Source of the DNA: a virus
Reading direction: 5' to 3' (one strand)
IMG/VR virus record: IMGVR_UViG_3300050120_000213
Location: 1-64,000 of that record
DNA: 64,000 bases
Shown: one piece after another, positions 9,163-16,689 of the stretch
Layout of the letters: each line of letters begins with the position of its first letter
How positions within the stretch are numbered: the stretch's first letter is position 1
Translations under genes and position numbers: made by a program
The notes under the pieces: generated by a model
Seen by the model: only the letters and a program-made list of their open reading frames with translations
Told to the model about the DNA's origin: nothing
Databases searched by the model: none

Positions 9163-9353
9163 GATATAAAATCCAGTAGCGCCAGCGTGACTTCCTTGAC
9201 CTCGGTGCCATGCTGCACAAACAAGGTGGCGGGGTTGCCGTCGCGGGAATCGAGTTCTTTGCACTGGGCCGTGTACGTGACGACGCCCAGGTAGGTGTGC
9301 TCTAGCTGAGCGCCAGCTTCGAGGAAGGCTTTGTGAATCGGAGTGGTTCTCAT
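9159..9353 (-). CDS. Small hypothetical protein
   Basis: 4-bp overlaps at both ends. Confidence 0.55.
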   Translation of the reverse strand: MRTTPIHKAFLEAGAQLEHTYLGVVTYTAQCKELDSRDGNPATLFVQHGTEVKEVTLALLDFIS

Positions 9354-9652
9354 AGGTGGGTATGAAGTCCGGTAACTTTTTCAAAAATGGATTGCAATTG
9401 ATTGCAACCGACTGCGTGCTTACTATTGATCAGTTTGATCGACGTACCGTATATCGAATAAAACGCCATGGTGTACAAGTCATCCCCGGTCAATAAAATT
9501 TGTACTCGACGGATGTTTTTACTACGCGGAATAAAAAATTGCAGGCCATTTTTTAATGCAATAAATTTACTGGCACCGGTCATGACCGCAAAACGATTAC
9601 CACCTAACTGACGTAGGATGGTGGCCCCTACTTCTTTATCAATTATTTCCAT
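9350..9652 (-). CDS. Hypothetical phage protein
   Basis: TILRQLGGNRFAVMTGA...TGLHTHL; ATG 9652 behind ATGGAG RBS. Confidence 0.75.
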   Translation of the reverse strand: MEIIDKEVGATILRQLGGNRFAVMTGASKFIALKNGLQFFIPRSKNIRRVQILLTGDDLYTMAFYSIYGTSIKLINSKHAVGCNQLQSIFEKVTGLHTHL

Positions 9653-9685
9653 GATTTCGGACTCCATTCCGTTGATTTAGATTTA

Positions 9686-9713
9686 AGTATAGCACTGTTT
9701 GCTGGATTGTCAA
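9686..9713 (-). promoter_or_regulatory. sigma70-type promoter TTGACA-N16-TATACT
   Basis: Consensus hexamers, TG extension; lies just after the array terminator. Confidence 0.85.
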
Positions 9714-9716
9714 AGG

Positions 9717-9750
9717 AAAAATGCAGCTAACCCCGAAAGATTAACTGCAT
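9717..9750 (-). terminator. Intrinsic terminator closing the GGY-NN array
   Basis: ATGCAGTTAATCT-TTCG-GGGTTAGCTGCAT-TTTT: 13-bp stem whose G-U pairs work only on the minus strand, UUCG loop. Confidence 0.8.
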
Positions 9751-9759
9751 CCCGTTCCC

Positions 9760-10112
9760 GTACCTCACCCTACCCGACCAAACCTCACCGCACCTGGCCT
9801 AACCCTACCGCACCTGCCTTACCGCACCCAACCTTACCGTGCCCAACCGTACCTTGCCCTGCCTGCCCAACCCTACCACACCTCACCCTACCGAACCCCA
9901 CCAAACCGCACCTGCCTAACCCTACCTTACCTAACCACACCAAACCGGACCATACCTGCCGTACCTGACCGGACCACACCTTACCTAACCATACCGGACC
10001 CTACCACACCTGCCATACCTAACCTCACCTCACCACACCGTACCAAGCCGCACCATACCTGCCATACCAGACCTCACCGCACCTCACCTCACCGGACCAC
10101 ACCTTACCTGCC
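9760..10112 (-). ncRNA. Array B of GGY-NN pentamers, 7 GGCA-delimited units (candidate guide RNAs, VIPR-like)
   Basis: Plus-strand tgcc at 9815, 9864, 9913, 9957, 10011, 10060, 10109 (spacings 49, 49, 44, 54, 49, 49 = 4+5n); strict GGY-NN register between them. Confidence 0.85.
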
Positions 10113-10763
10113 TCAATCTACCGCCACTTCTATTGCCTCGCTGATCAACCCTAACTTAATATTGATTAAGTCCAATAAATCTTGCAAAGGGATGTCCGTC
10201 AGCGGGAAAAACTTATTGCTGTTAATTGCGCTGGTGATGTTGCCGCGTGCTGATAGCAAACAGTGACGTAGATTTGAAAGGGACTGATACTCGCTCTTAG
10301 CGATTTCTTCCGATTCTTTCACCCCCATAGCTAGCCCAGTTTTACTAAAGGCGGGCATAAGCGCCGCTATTTCATCTTTAGAACCCAGCGGGGTTGATTT
10401 TACTGGGAAGCTCAAGGTGGTGATTTTAGACTCGTGTTTAATCACCGTTAGGTAAAGCACCTTAACTTCTTTATACAGCAAACTAACCTGCATAAGCAGG
10501 TACTTTTCTTGAGCGTAGTCCTTATTCCACGCCTCTTTAAACAAGTTGTGGAGGATGTCACTCGGGTTTCTAGCGGCGTCAATTAGCGCCTTTTTGTTTA
10601 GCAGTTTCGTCTGGGGGTCCACAAAGCCCATGAAATACAGGATCTGGGCTTTTGACATCTTTTTGCTCTTACTACGGTAGAGCTTTTCCAGTGCCATATA
10701 TTCCTCAGACAGATGCCCTGCTTCTGAGGATGAGTGGTCTATGGTCGTTCCTTCTTGCAACAT
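10113..10763 (-). CDS. Partner protein of the RAMP-like/array module (function unknown)
   Basis: ATG 10763 behind AGGAG; stop codon abuts the first GGCA of array B; LIDAARNPSDILHNLF...W...AQEKY motif. Confidence 0.75.
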   Translation of the reverse strand: MLQEGTTIDHSSSEAGHLSEEYMALEKLYRSKSKKMSKAQILYFMGFVDPQTKLLNKKALIDAARNPSDILHNLFKEAWNKDYAQEKYLLMQVSLLYKEVKVLYLTVIKHESKITTLSFPVKSTPLGSKDEIAALMPAFSKTGLAMGVKESEEIAKSEYQSLSNLRHCLLSARGNITSAINSNKFFPLTDIPLQDLLDLINIKLGLISEAIEVAVD

Positions 10764-10824
10764 AGTAAGTCTCCTAAACAAAACACCGGGGGTGGGTGCC
10801 CCCGGAGAGCGCCACGGCCAATTC

Positions 10825-11628
10825 TTACCCAGCCTTCATTGCCTTCAGACCCACGGGTTCCAAAGTCTGCCCGCGCTTCTTGATTTCTTCCTCAAACCAC
10901 TTGTTGATGTCCGCCGTGTCCCTGTCGAAATACGTGGGGTTATCAAAAGCGAGTTCTTGTGCGTGTCGCCCTTGCTTTTCGATTATTTCCAACACCCGTG
11001 GGTCATCGGGCTGTGCCACCAAAAACTTGCCGTAAGGGCCGCCTTTCTGGGGACGCCAATCACCAATCCCTACGATCCGCCCCGCCGCGTGGGCTAAGTT
11101 GGCAATCGAAGTATCATTGAGGGGGTTGGCCTTGTATGTAATGCGGACTCGTGGGATCACCCACTGGCGGAAAATGGGCCGAGTGCGGGGATCGGGCACG
11201 CTAGTCATGCCTGAATTCTTTGCCATCGTAGTATACAGTTCCGGCACGCCAAACAGGTTCAACTGCATGTCTTCATCCTGACTGGTTACGCTAATCCAGC
11301 GTTGGGCTTCGGACTTCCTGATCCCCGGCAAATCCAGCGCCACCGAGGACAAAGCCCCTTGAATCATTGCCACCGGCACATGAAACAACGTGGGTTCATC
11401 ATCGTTGCTGTTCATGTAAAAGCACTCTTGGTACTCCTTAAGCGGATAGTGCTTAATGTTCTCCGCTTTCGCCTGCTTGTTCATCGGTGCTTTGGGCAGC
11501 ATCAATTCCTGAAATGCCTTGCGTGCATAACGGTGCATGATGAAGGGGGATTGCCCAATCAAAGCCAAGTCGATACTCTCGACTTTAACTTCTTCAATAC
11601 TGATCTCTGCATTTTTAACGACCATCAT
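10825..11628 (-). CDS. RAMP/Cas7-like RNA-binding protein (Vipr-like)
   Basis: N-terminal strand LIGQSPFIMH, VPVAMIQGAL (like RAMP IP-x-S-x2-KG-x-L), RTRPIF-x2-W, C-terminal Gly-rich loop AGRIVGIGDWRPQKGGPYGKF; arrays on both sides. Confidence 0.75.
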   Translation of the reverse strand: MMVVKNAEISIEEVKVESIDLALIGQSPFIMHRYARKAFQELMLPKAPMNKQAKAENIKHYPLKEYQECFYMNSNDDEPTLFHVPVAMIQGALSSVALDLPGIRKSEAQRWISVTSQDEDMQLNLFGVPELYTTMAKNSGMTSVPDPRTRPIFRQWVIPRVRITYKANPLNDTSIANLAHAAGRIVGIGDWRPQKGGPYGKFLVAQPDDPRVLEIIEKQGRHAQELAFDNPTYFDRDTADINKWFEEEIKKRGQTLEPVGLKAMKAG

Positions 11629-11668
11629 ATCACTCCATTGTTGATAACTGTAGCACCGATTGGTACTA

Positions 11669-11692
11669 GGAAGCCCACGTTAATAGGCTTCC
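11669..11692 (-). other. Hairpin at the 3' end of array A
   Basis: GGAAGCC-N10-GGCTTCC, no U tract; possible processing or stability element. Confidence 0.55.
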
Positions 11693-11698
11693 CACTAC

Positions 11699-11864
11699 TA
11701 ACCTTACCTGCCAAACCCGACCTTACCAAACCTAACCGTACCTTACCAAACCGCACCTGCCTTACCGCACCTTACCTAACCAAACCTCACCTGACCTCAC
11801 CGCACCATACCTCACCTGCCTAACCATACCCCACCCAGCCATACCTCACCTGACCATGCCTGCC
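11699..11864 (-). ncRNA. Array A of GGY-NN pentamers, 3 complete units plus a 2-pentamer stub
   Basis: Plus-strand tgcc at 11709, 11758, 11817, 11861 (spacings 49, 59, 44); 8, 11 and 9 NN dinucleotides in transcript order. Confidence 0.85.
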
Positions 11865-11892
11865 ACACAAAAATTGCAATCAATTGCAACGC

Positions 11893-12360
11893 TTACGCGC
11901 CCATGTCGTCACGACGGTTCTTGTACTCAGCAGCCAACTTGGCTTCGGCCAGTTCGCCTTGCCACACCATCGCGTTCATTTGCTGCTCATCCGACTCGGT
12001 AAAGTCATCCGGGGTCGTGGGTTGCTTCGGTTCTGCTGGCTCAATCGGACGGATTTCGCGGCCATTCTGTGCGGCAATTTCCGCTAGCTGAGCCCAGTAC
12101 TTCGGCATTTTTTTCCTGGCAATCACCATCTGTTTCGGTGTCAGCGAGCCGTACTTGAGGATGCCCTTGGCAAACGAGGTGAGTATTTCTGCGTCTGTGC
12201 TATTAAACCCAACTCCATTTGCATCATGGGTGGCCTCTGACGATTGCTCTGCTGCTGTCTGCCGTTCGTAGATCCGCAGCACCCCGCGAACTACGGCACG
12301 ATCATTTGTTTGCAAAAGGGCCTGAATCGACTCTTTAACTACTTGTTGGGCTTTGTTCAT
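11893..12360 (-). CDS. Hypothetical phage protein
   Basis: IYERQT...NGVGF...DAEILTSFA...KYWAQL motifs; ATGGAG RBS. Confidence 0.75.
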   Translation of the reverse strand: MNKAQQVVKESIQALLQTNDRAVVRGVLRIYERQTAAEQSSEATHDANGVGFNSTDAEILTSFAKGILKYGSLTPKQMVIARKKMPKYWAQLAEIAAQNGREIRPIEPAEPKQPTTPDDFTESDEQQMNAMVWQGELAEAKLAAEYKNRRDDMGA

Positions 12361-12393
12361 TTTGCGGACTCCATTCCGGTTGGTAATGAATGT

Positions 12394-12421
12394 AGTATAG
12401 CAGCGTGACGCAGTTTGTCAA
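12394..12421 (-). promoter_or_regulatory. sigma70-type promoter TTGACA-N16-TATACT, nearest upstream promoter of the array/RAMP unit
   Basis: Consensus hexamers, TG extension. Confidence 0.85.
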
Positions 12422-12427
12422 ATAAAA

Positions 12428-12940
12428 TCAGCCCTGTACGGCTTTTAGTTGCTCGGCCAGCGAGACGACTTCGGCGTGTACATACTGTTGATCGCGGTAG
12501 ACCCCTGTATCACCAAAAGACAGGTAGCTCGGGTTGTGGCACAACCCGGGCATAAAGTCGCCGTAGTGGGCGCAGTCGAAACCAAAGTACCAAAGAATAT
12601 TCTTATTTTTCTTGGTCAGCCATCCCGAGTACGTCAGGCCACCATGGACTTGGATCAGCGTGTCAATCGATTCTTCACCGTCTTTGCCGTCCGCCATCGC
12701 AATCTTAAACAACGACAGTATGCTGGTTTTATCCAGATCGATAGCTCGATCTTTCCAGTTACCCACGATGGTGGATGTGGGCACTGTCTCACCATAATCC
12801 TTTTTAAACCACGGATGGTCTTTCTGCACACCCACATAACCGCACCATGTGCCGGTTTCCATGTTACGTCGCATCACACACCCCATACGGCCCATGAGCC
12901 AGATCTGCACGTCGGGTTCGTTTTCCCAAGTCTTAATCAT
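12428..12940 (-). CDS. Hypothetical phage protein
   Basis: WCGYVGV, VHGGLTY, FGFDCAH motifs. Confidence 0.75.
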   Translation of the reverse strand: MIKTWENEPDVQIWLMGRMGCVMRRNMETGTWCGYVGVQKDHPWFKKDYGETVPTSTIVGNWKDRAIDLDKTSILSLFKIAMADGKDGEESIDTLIQVHGGLTYSGWLTKKNKNILWYFGFDCAHYGDFMPGLCHNPSYLSFGDTGVYRDQQYVHAEVVSLAEQLKAVQG

Positions 12941-13149
12941 GTTTTCTCCACGTTGCGATATTCCACGACAACTGGCACATCATGCCATGCGCCAATGGAT
13001 TCGTATTTGAATTGCAGCACAGGCCCAAACTCGTTGACAAGTTGCTTCTTGGCCGCTGCCATCGTGCAAGGCAAACTTGCCGCAAGTTCTACAACTTGTT
13101 CCGCTGTGACTTTATTCTTTCTAATAAGCCAGCGTAGTTCCACAATCAC
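12937..13149 (-). CDS. Small hypothetical protein
   Basis: GTG 13149 in GTGA overlap, GGAG RBS. Confidence 0.5.
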   Translation of the reverse strand: MIVELRWLIRKNKVTAEQVVELAASLPCTMAAAKKQLVNEFGPVLQFKYESIGAWHDVPVVVEYRNVEKT

Positions 13150-13382
13150 ACTCCATTGATAACAGGTAAGGATTTCAGCAGCGCCCAGGCGGACTCCACT
13201 GCTGCCTCGACGTCTACCTTCATTTGCCGGTACTGCTCCGGCCACACGATACACTCGTAGCCCTTTTTCAAAGCTTTGCGTTGTTCGGTGGTAATGCCGC
13301 CTCGAAAATCACTTGCCATCTTCAGAGCGCCCTTGCGGTCGCCAGCGGCAATTAGGGATTGGACTTGTGCGGTTTTGGTCAT
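13146..13382 (-). CDS. Small hypothetical protein
   Basis: TAATG coupling with the upstream gene. Confidence 0.65.
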   Translation of the reverse strand: MTKTAQVQSLIAAGDRKGALKMASDFRGGITTEQRKALKKGYECIVWPEQYRQMKVDVEAAVESAWALLKSLPVINGV

Positions 13383-13678
13383 TACATCATGCCCAATTCG
13401 CGGGCTTCGTTGAACAAACGGAACTGGTCGCGGGTGCGGTTGGTGGCCTGGAGTTCGGTAGCGCCGTTGGCGATCAATTCAGCGATTACATCAGCGCGGA
13501 ATTCAGCCGAGGTGAAGTATTCTGAATCAGCCTTGACTGATTTGGCGGTTTTGATTTCCGCCAGGGCGTTGATTGCCTTGCCGCTGTAAAGGGTGGTGCG
13601 CCCTTGGGTAGTCATGGGGGCGAGGTTAAACTCCTTGACCAGCTTAAGTTCGGTAGCAGTGAGAGGGCGGTTTGACAT
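13382..13678 (-). CDS. Hypothetical protein
   Basis: ATG 13678 behind ATGGAG RBS. Confidence 0.7.
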   Translation of the reverse strand: MSNRPLTATELKLVKEFNLAPMTTQGRTTLYSGKAINALAEIKTAKSVKADSEYFTSAEFRADVIAELIANGATELQATNRTRDQFRLFNEARELGMM

Positions 13679-13714
13679 TTTGGACTCCATTCCGTGTGTC
13701 GTTTCAGTGATTCA

Positions 13715-13742
13715 AGTATAGCACTTGGCACTGATTTGTCAA
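13715..13742 (-). promoter_or_regulatory. sigma70-type promoter TTGACA-N16-TATACT
   Basis: Consensus; 14-bp motif copy at 13760. Confidence 0.85.
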
Positions 13743-13774
13743 AGTATTTACTGATTTTTTGCAATCAATTGCAA

Positions 13775-13939
13775 TTAGCGCTGTGATTTCCAAAGGGCCA
13801 CCAGGGCTTGCTTTAGCTGATCAGCGACTACTTTACCTCGTACTGCCTCAACTTCCTTGAGATAGCTATGCCGTTGCCAAGACGGTAGCACATAAATGGC
13901 AAGCAGTTCTTTATGTTGCGCTTCTTGTTCGGTCATCAT
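13775..13939 (-). CDS. 54-aa hypothetical protein (below ORF-track cutoff)
   Basis: MMTEQEAQHKELLA...LWKSQR with GGGAGG RBS. Confidence 0.55.
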   Translation of the reverse strand: MMTEQEAQHKELLAIYVLPSWQRHSYLKEVEAVRGKVVADQLKQALVALWKSQR

Positions 13940-13976
13940 AGCCTCCCAGCGTTAGACTATTGTAACTAGCTAGAGG

Positions 13977-14537
13977 CTAACTGCCTACTGATAGTGCAGC
14001 ACCCATATACTGGGGTGTACGAACCTTAGAATTAAACAACATTCGCCCCGCGTTACAGCCATTACAAGACGGTACTACATTACTCCAGGCGTTGTTATGC
14101 CGGTCATGATCTAAGTGATCAACATGAATAGGCTCACACTTACCACTTTCTTCTGGAAACCACTCCAGTGGGGCTGCGCACCAAAAACAGGGCACTCTAG
14201 CATTACCAATTTGCTCATACAGAGCTACTCTGTGAGCGTATACACGTCCACGTACATCTGCTAAAAAATGCCCGTGTAACGTTAGCTGTTTGTATCTTTT
14301 TGGATTTAGGGTTCTTAGATTGCCATCAAGGGGCAGCCCTTTACGGAATCTTCGTAGATGGGTTTGGCATAAACCATTACTCTTATGCCTACTAGAACAG
14401 CCCTCTACAGAACATATAACTACAGGACGAGTGTAATTTACGTCACCGTAAAAACGTAAACGCCAACTATGCATTTGGCACAGCCCGCCTTTCCTACAAC
14501 TAGGCTTTACGCAACCATTAACCGAACAAGTTTTCAT
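13977..14537 (-). CDS. HNH endonuclease with N-terminal Cys/His repeats
   Basis: C-x4-C...GLC-x2-H twice; HVDHLDHDRHNN...NVVPSC-x2-CN. Confidence 0.8.
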   Translation of the reverse strand: MKTCSVNGCVKPSCRKGGLCQMHSWRLRFYGDVNYTRPVVICSVEGCSSRHKSNGLCQTHLRRFRKGLPLDGNLRTLNPKRYKQLTLHGHFLADVRGRVYAHRVALYEQIGNARVPCFWCAAPLEWFPEESGKCEPIHVDHLDHDRHNNAWSNVVPSCNGCNAGRMLFNSKVRTPQYMGAALSVGS

Positions 14538-14848
14538 GTACCCAATACCGGTCCAATGCTACCATCCCGCTCAACCCAGTTAAACTCCACTACTGGATAG
14601 TGGCTATCGCATATACAACAAAACGTACCATCGTAAAACTGTATGTCGTGCGCCCAGGTTTCAGCCAAGTCTTGACCCATTCGAGTCTGTGACCCACATT
14701 TCGTGTGTATGTATGAGCGGCGCACCGGTCTAATGAATCCCTTAGCGCGTTCTTCTTCAGACAGTACAAGGTACTTGTTCTGCATACCCGGCTCGCCAAA
14801 ATCTTTGCGAACCAACTCAGGATCATTCGGGTCAGTAGTCAGGCTCAT
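14534..14848 (-). CDS. Zn-binding hypothetical protein
   Basis: YIH-x2-CG...TFC-x2-C-x2-H motif. Confidence 0.65.
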   Translation of the reverse strand: MSLTTDPNDPELVRKDFGEPGMQNKYLVLSEEERAKGFIRPVRRSYIHTKCGSQTRMGQDLAETWAHDIQFYDGTFCCICDSHYPVVEFNWVERDGSIGPVLGT

Positions 14849-14857
14849 TTTCTTACC

Positions 14858-15364
14858 TTAGTCGTAATCACTGTTATTCATGGCGCGTTCCGACGCCCCG
14901 AGTGCTTCTTTGATACGCTTGGACAAACTACTAGTGGCCTTAGTCGCGCCACCCTGCGGGACTTTTTTAAGCTGGGCTGCGTCAAACTCGATCTGTGCTC
15001 GTTGCAGTGCTGCCAAGGTAGCCTGATACCCTTCGATCAGCTTGTTGGTGGCATCGAGCGGGATCGGCATGTCCTTCTCTTTTTCCATCGCCTTATCGAC
15101 GCGAGCTTTTTGCAGCCGCGCCAGCGCCAACAACTCGTCAAGAGGGCTGAATGGCGCTAAGACCAGATCATCCGGCGTAATCTTTTTTGGAATCAGACTT
15201 TTGCGGTATGCCGTAATCAATTGAGCCACTGAATCCCGCACCACATCGGTGAAGTGTCCTTCTTTCTGGAGGTGTTCTGCAATAGCCAACGAATCCAATT
15301 GGCTGGTCTTAATCACCAATAACGTGACTTCTGGAAGTTCTTCAATGCGGTTAAATTTCGACAT
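14858..15364 (-). CDS. Hypothetical helical protein
   Basis: 168-aa ORF in the operon. Confidence 0.65.
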   Translation of the reverse strand: MSKFNRIEELPEVTLLVIKTSQLDSLAIAEHLQKEGHFTDVVRDSVAQLITAYRKSLIPKKITPDDLVLAPFSPLDELLALARLQKARVDKAMEKEKDMPIPLDATNKLIEGYQATLAALQRAQIEFDAAQLKKVPQGGATKATSSLSKRIKEALGASERAMNNSDYD

Positions 15365-15860
15365 TTACATGCCCCCATGTAGCCCCACGCTTTATATCAC
15401 TAACCGTCATTACGTGAACGCCGAACTCTTTTGCTAACACGTTGCCACGTTCCCCGCCCAATAACCTAATTTTAATTTCTCTGACTTGGATTTCGGTCAA
15501 TTTAGACGGGCCTGCATCTTCTCCAATAGGGAGTCTTCCCCGAATAATTTTATCTTTGCAATTATCTCCGTGTGTCCCAGCAACTAAATGATTAGGGTTA
15601 CAACACGGAGGATTATCGCAAGTATGTCTAATTACTATCCCCTCAATATCTTCTAGTGATAATTTATGGGCCACTGCATAAGATAGTCGGTGAGATAAAG
15701 TGTTTCCAACCCCCTCCCATGAACACCTACCGTAGCCATTTCTATCTATTCGGCCAGGGTATAGCATACATTCTCCGTACCCTTCTGCAATCAATTGCAC
15801 GGATTTAATAACATTAAGCCAATACCTTACTTTCTTACCAGCATTTCTAATCATTCTCAT
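15351..15860 (-). CDS. HNH endonuclease with C-terminal HTH
   Basis: HRLSY, RHTCDNPPCCNPNHL-x-AGT-x2-DN, SKLTE. Confidence 0.85.
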   Translation of the reverse strand: MRMIRNAGKKVRYWLNVIKSVQLIAEGYGECMLYPGRIDRNGYGRCSWEGVGNTLSHRLSYAVAHKLSLEDIEGIVIRHTCDNPPCCNPNHLVAGTHGDNCKDKIIRGRLPIGEDAGPSKLTEIQVREIKIRLLGGERGNVLAKEFGVHVMTVSDIKRGATWGHVNVEI

Positions 15861-16689
15861 CTATACTCTCCAGAGTAGGCAATTCAATCCCCTCTGAAAT
15901 TATAACTTTCTCGCCATTCTCAATTAATTTATTCAGTATCTGACTACCTTTTTCTGATAGTGAGAAATCAATCAATCCGTTTAGAACAGCATCTAATGCC
16001 ACTGCTCCGTCGATGCACTTGTGCCCCAACGCGATTAACTTTTTCCTCTCAGCCGACGCCATCCTTATCCACACACTATCTCTGCCACCATAATCCAACA
16101 GCATGAAATTGTAGTCGAGGGTATTTCCGTATTTGCTGAACATCCCGTTAAGTAACTTGCTTAGGCCATCGATGGTTTTAAGTTCTTTGGCCGCCTTCTC
16201 GAAATCTGCCTGCAACTCCTTTGGCAAAGATTTCGACATTTGTTTAGTCAGTTTCTTAAAGGCTTCTTCGTCTGCGAAGCCGAAGGCTTCGGCCATGATC
16301 TCAGCTTCGTACTTCTTGTCCAGAGAGTTGTACAACGCCATGAACTTATCCGGCGACATCTTACCGCGTATCACATTCATCCTGACGACTTGGAATTTTT
16401 CTTGATCGTCGTCAAACTCGGGATCATCAATGATTGTGCAAGGCACTTCCTCAAAACCATGTAGCTTAGCCATTTCCCAACGATGGTGACCACCGACAAT
16501 CCGGTACACGTCTTCCGCGATACGCCGTACAAAAATCGGATCGGTTATCCCGATCTTGTCGAAATTGTCACTGAGCATATTAAACTCAGCGTCCGACATC
16601 GTGTTAGGGTTGTCTTTGTTCGCCACCAACTGACCAATAGGCAGGTTGCGGCGCTCTAAGGCGTTGGTCTTCGAAAGTGCGTCACTCAC
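15847..16689 (-). CDS. ParB/Srx N-terminal domain protein
   Basis: NPN-x-MS, PIFVR, YRIVGGHHRW, RMN-x-IRG. Confidence 0.8.
   Translation of the reverse strand: MSDALSKTNALERRNLPIGQLVANKDNPNTMSDAEFNMLSDNFDKIGITDPIFVRRIAEDVYRIVGGHHRWEMAKLHGFEEVPCTIIDDPEFDDDQEKFQVVRMNVIRGKMSPDKFMALYNSLDKKYEAEIMAEAFGFADEEAFKKLTKQMSKSLPKELQADFEKAAKELKTIDGLSKLLNGMFSKYGNTLDYNFMLLDYGGRDSVWIRMASAERKKLIALGHKCIDGAVALDAVLNGLIDFSLSEKGSQILNKLIENGEKVIISEGIELPTLESIDEND

Noticed and set aside
9699-9979. ORFs 9699..9968 (+) and 9785..9979 (-), and the tail of 11302..11823 (+), across the arrays
   Set aside because: Low-complexity translations of the pentamer repeat; the 5-nt period and 4+5n unit lengths do not fit codon-level selection.
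9760-11864. Canonical CRISPR array or simple microsatellite
   Set aside because: No 25-40 bp repeats with contiguous spacers and no cas1/cas2; NN diversity and regular GGCA punctuation exclude a slippage satellite.
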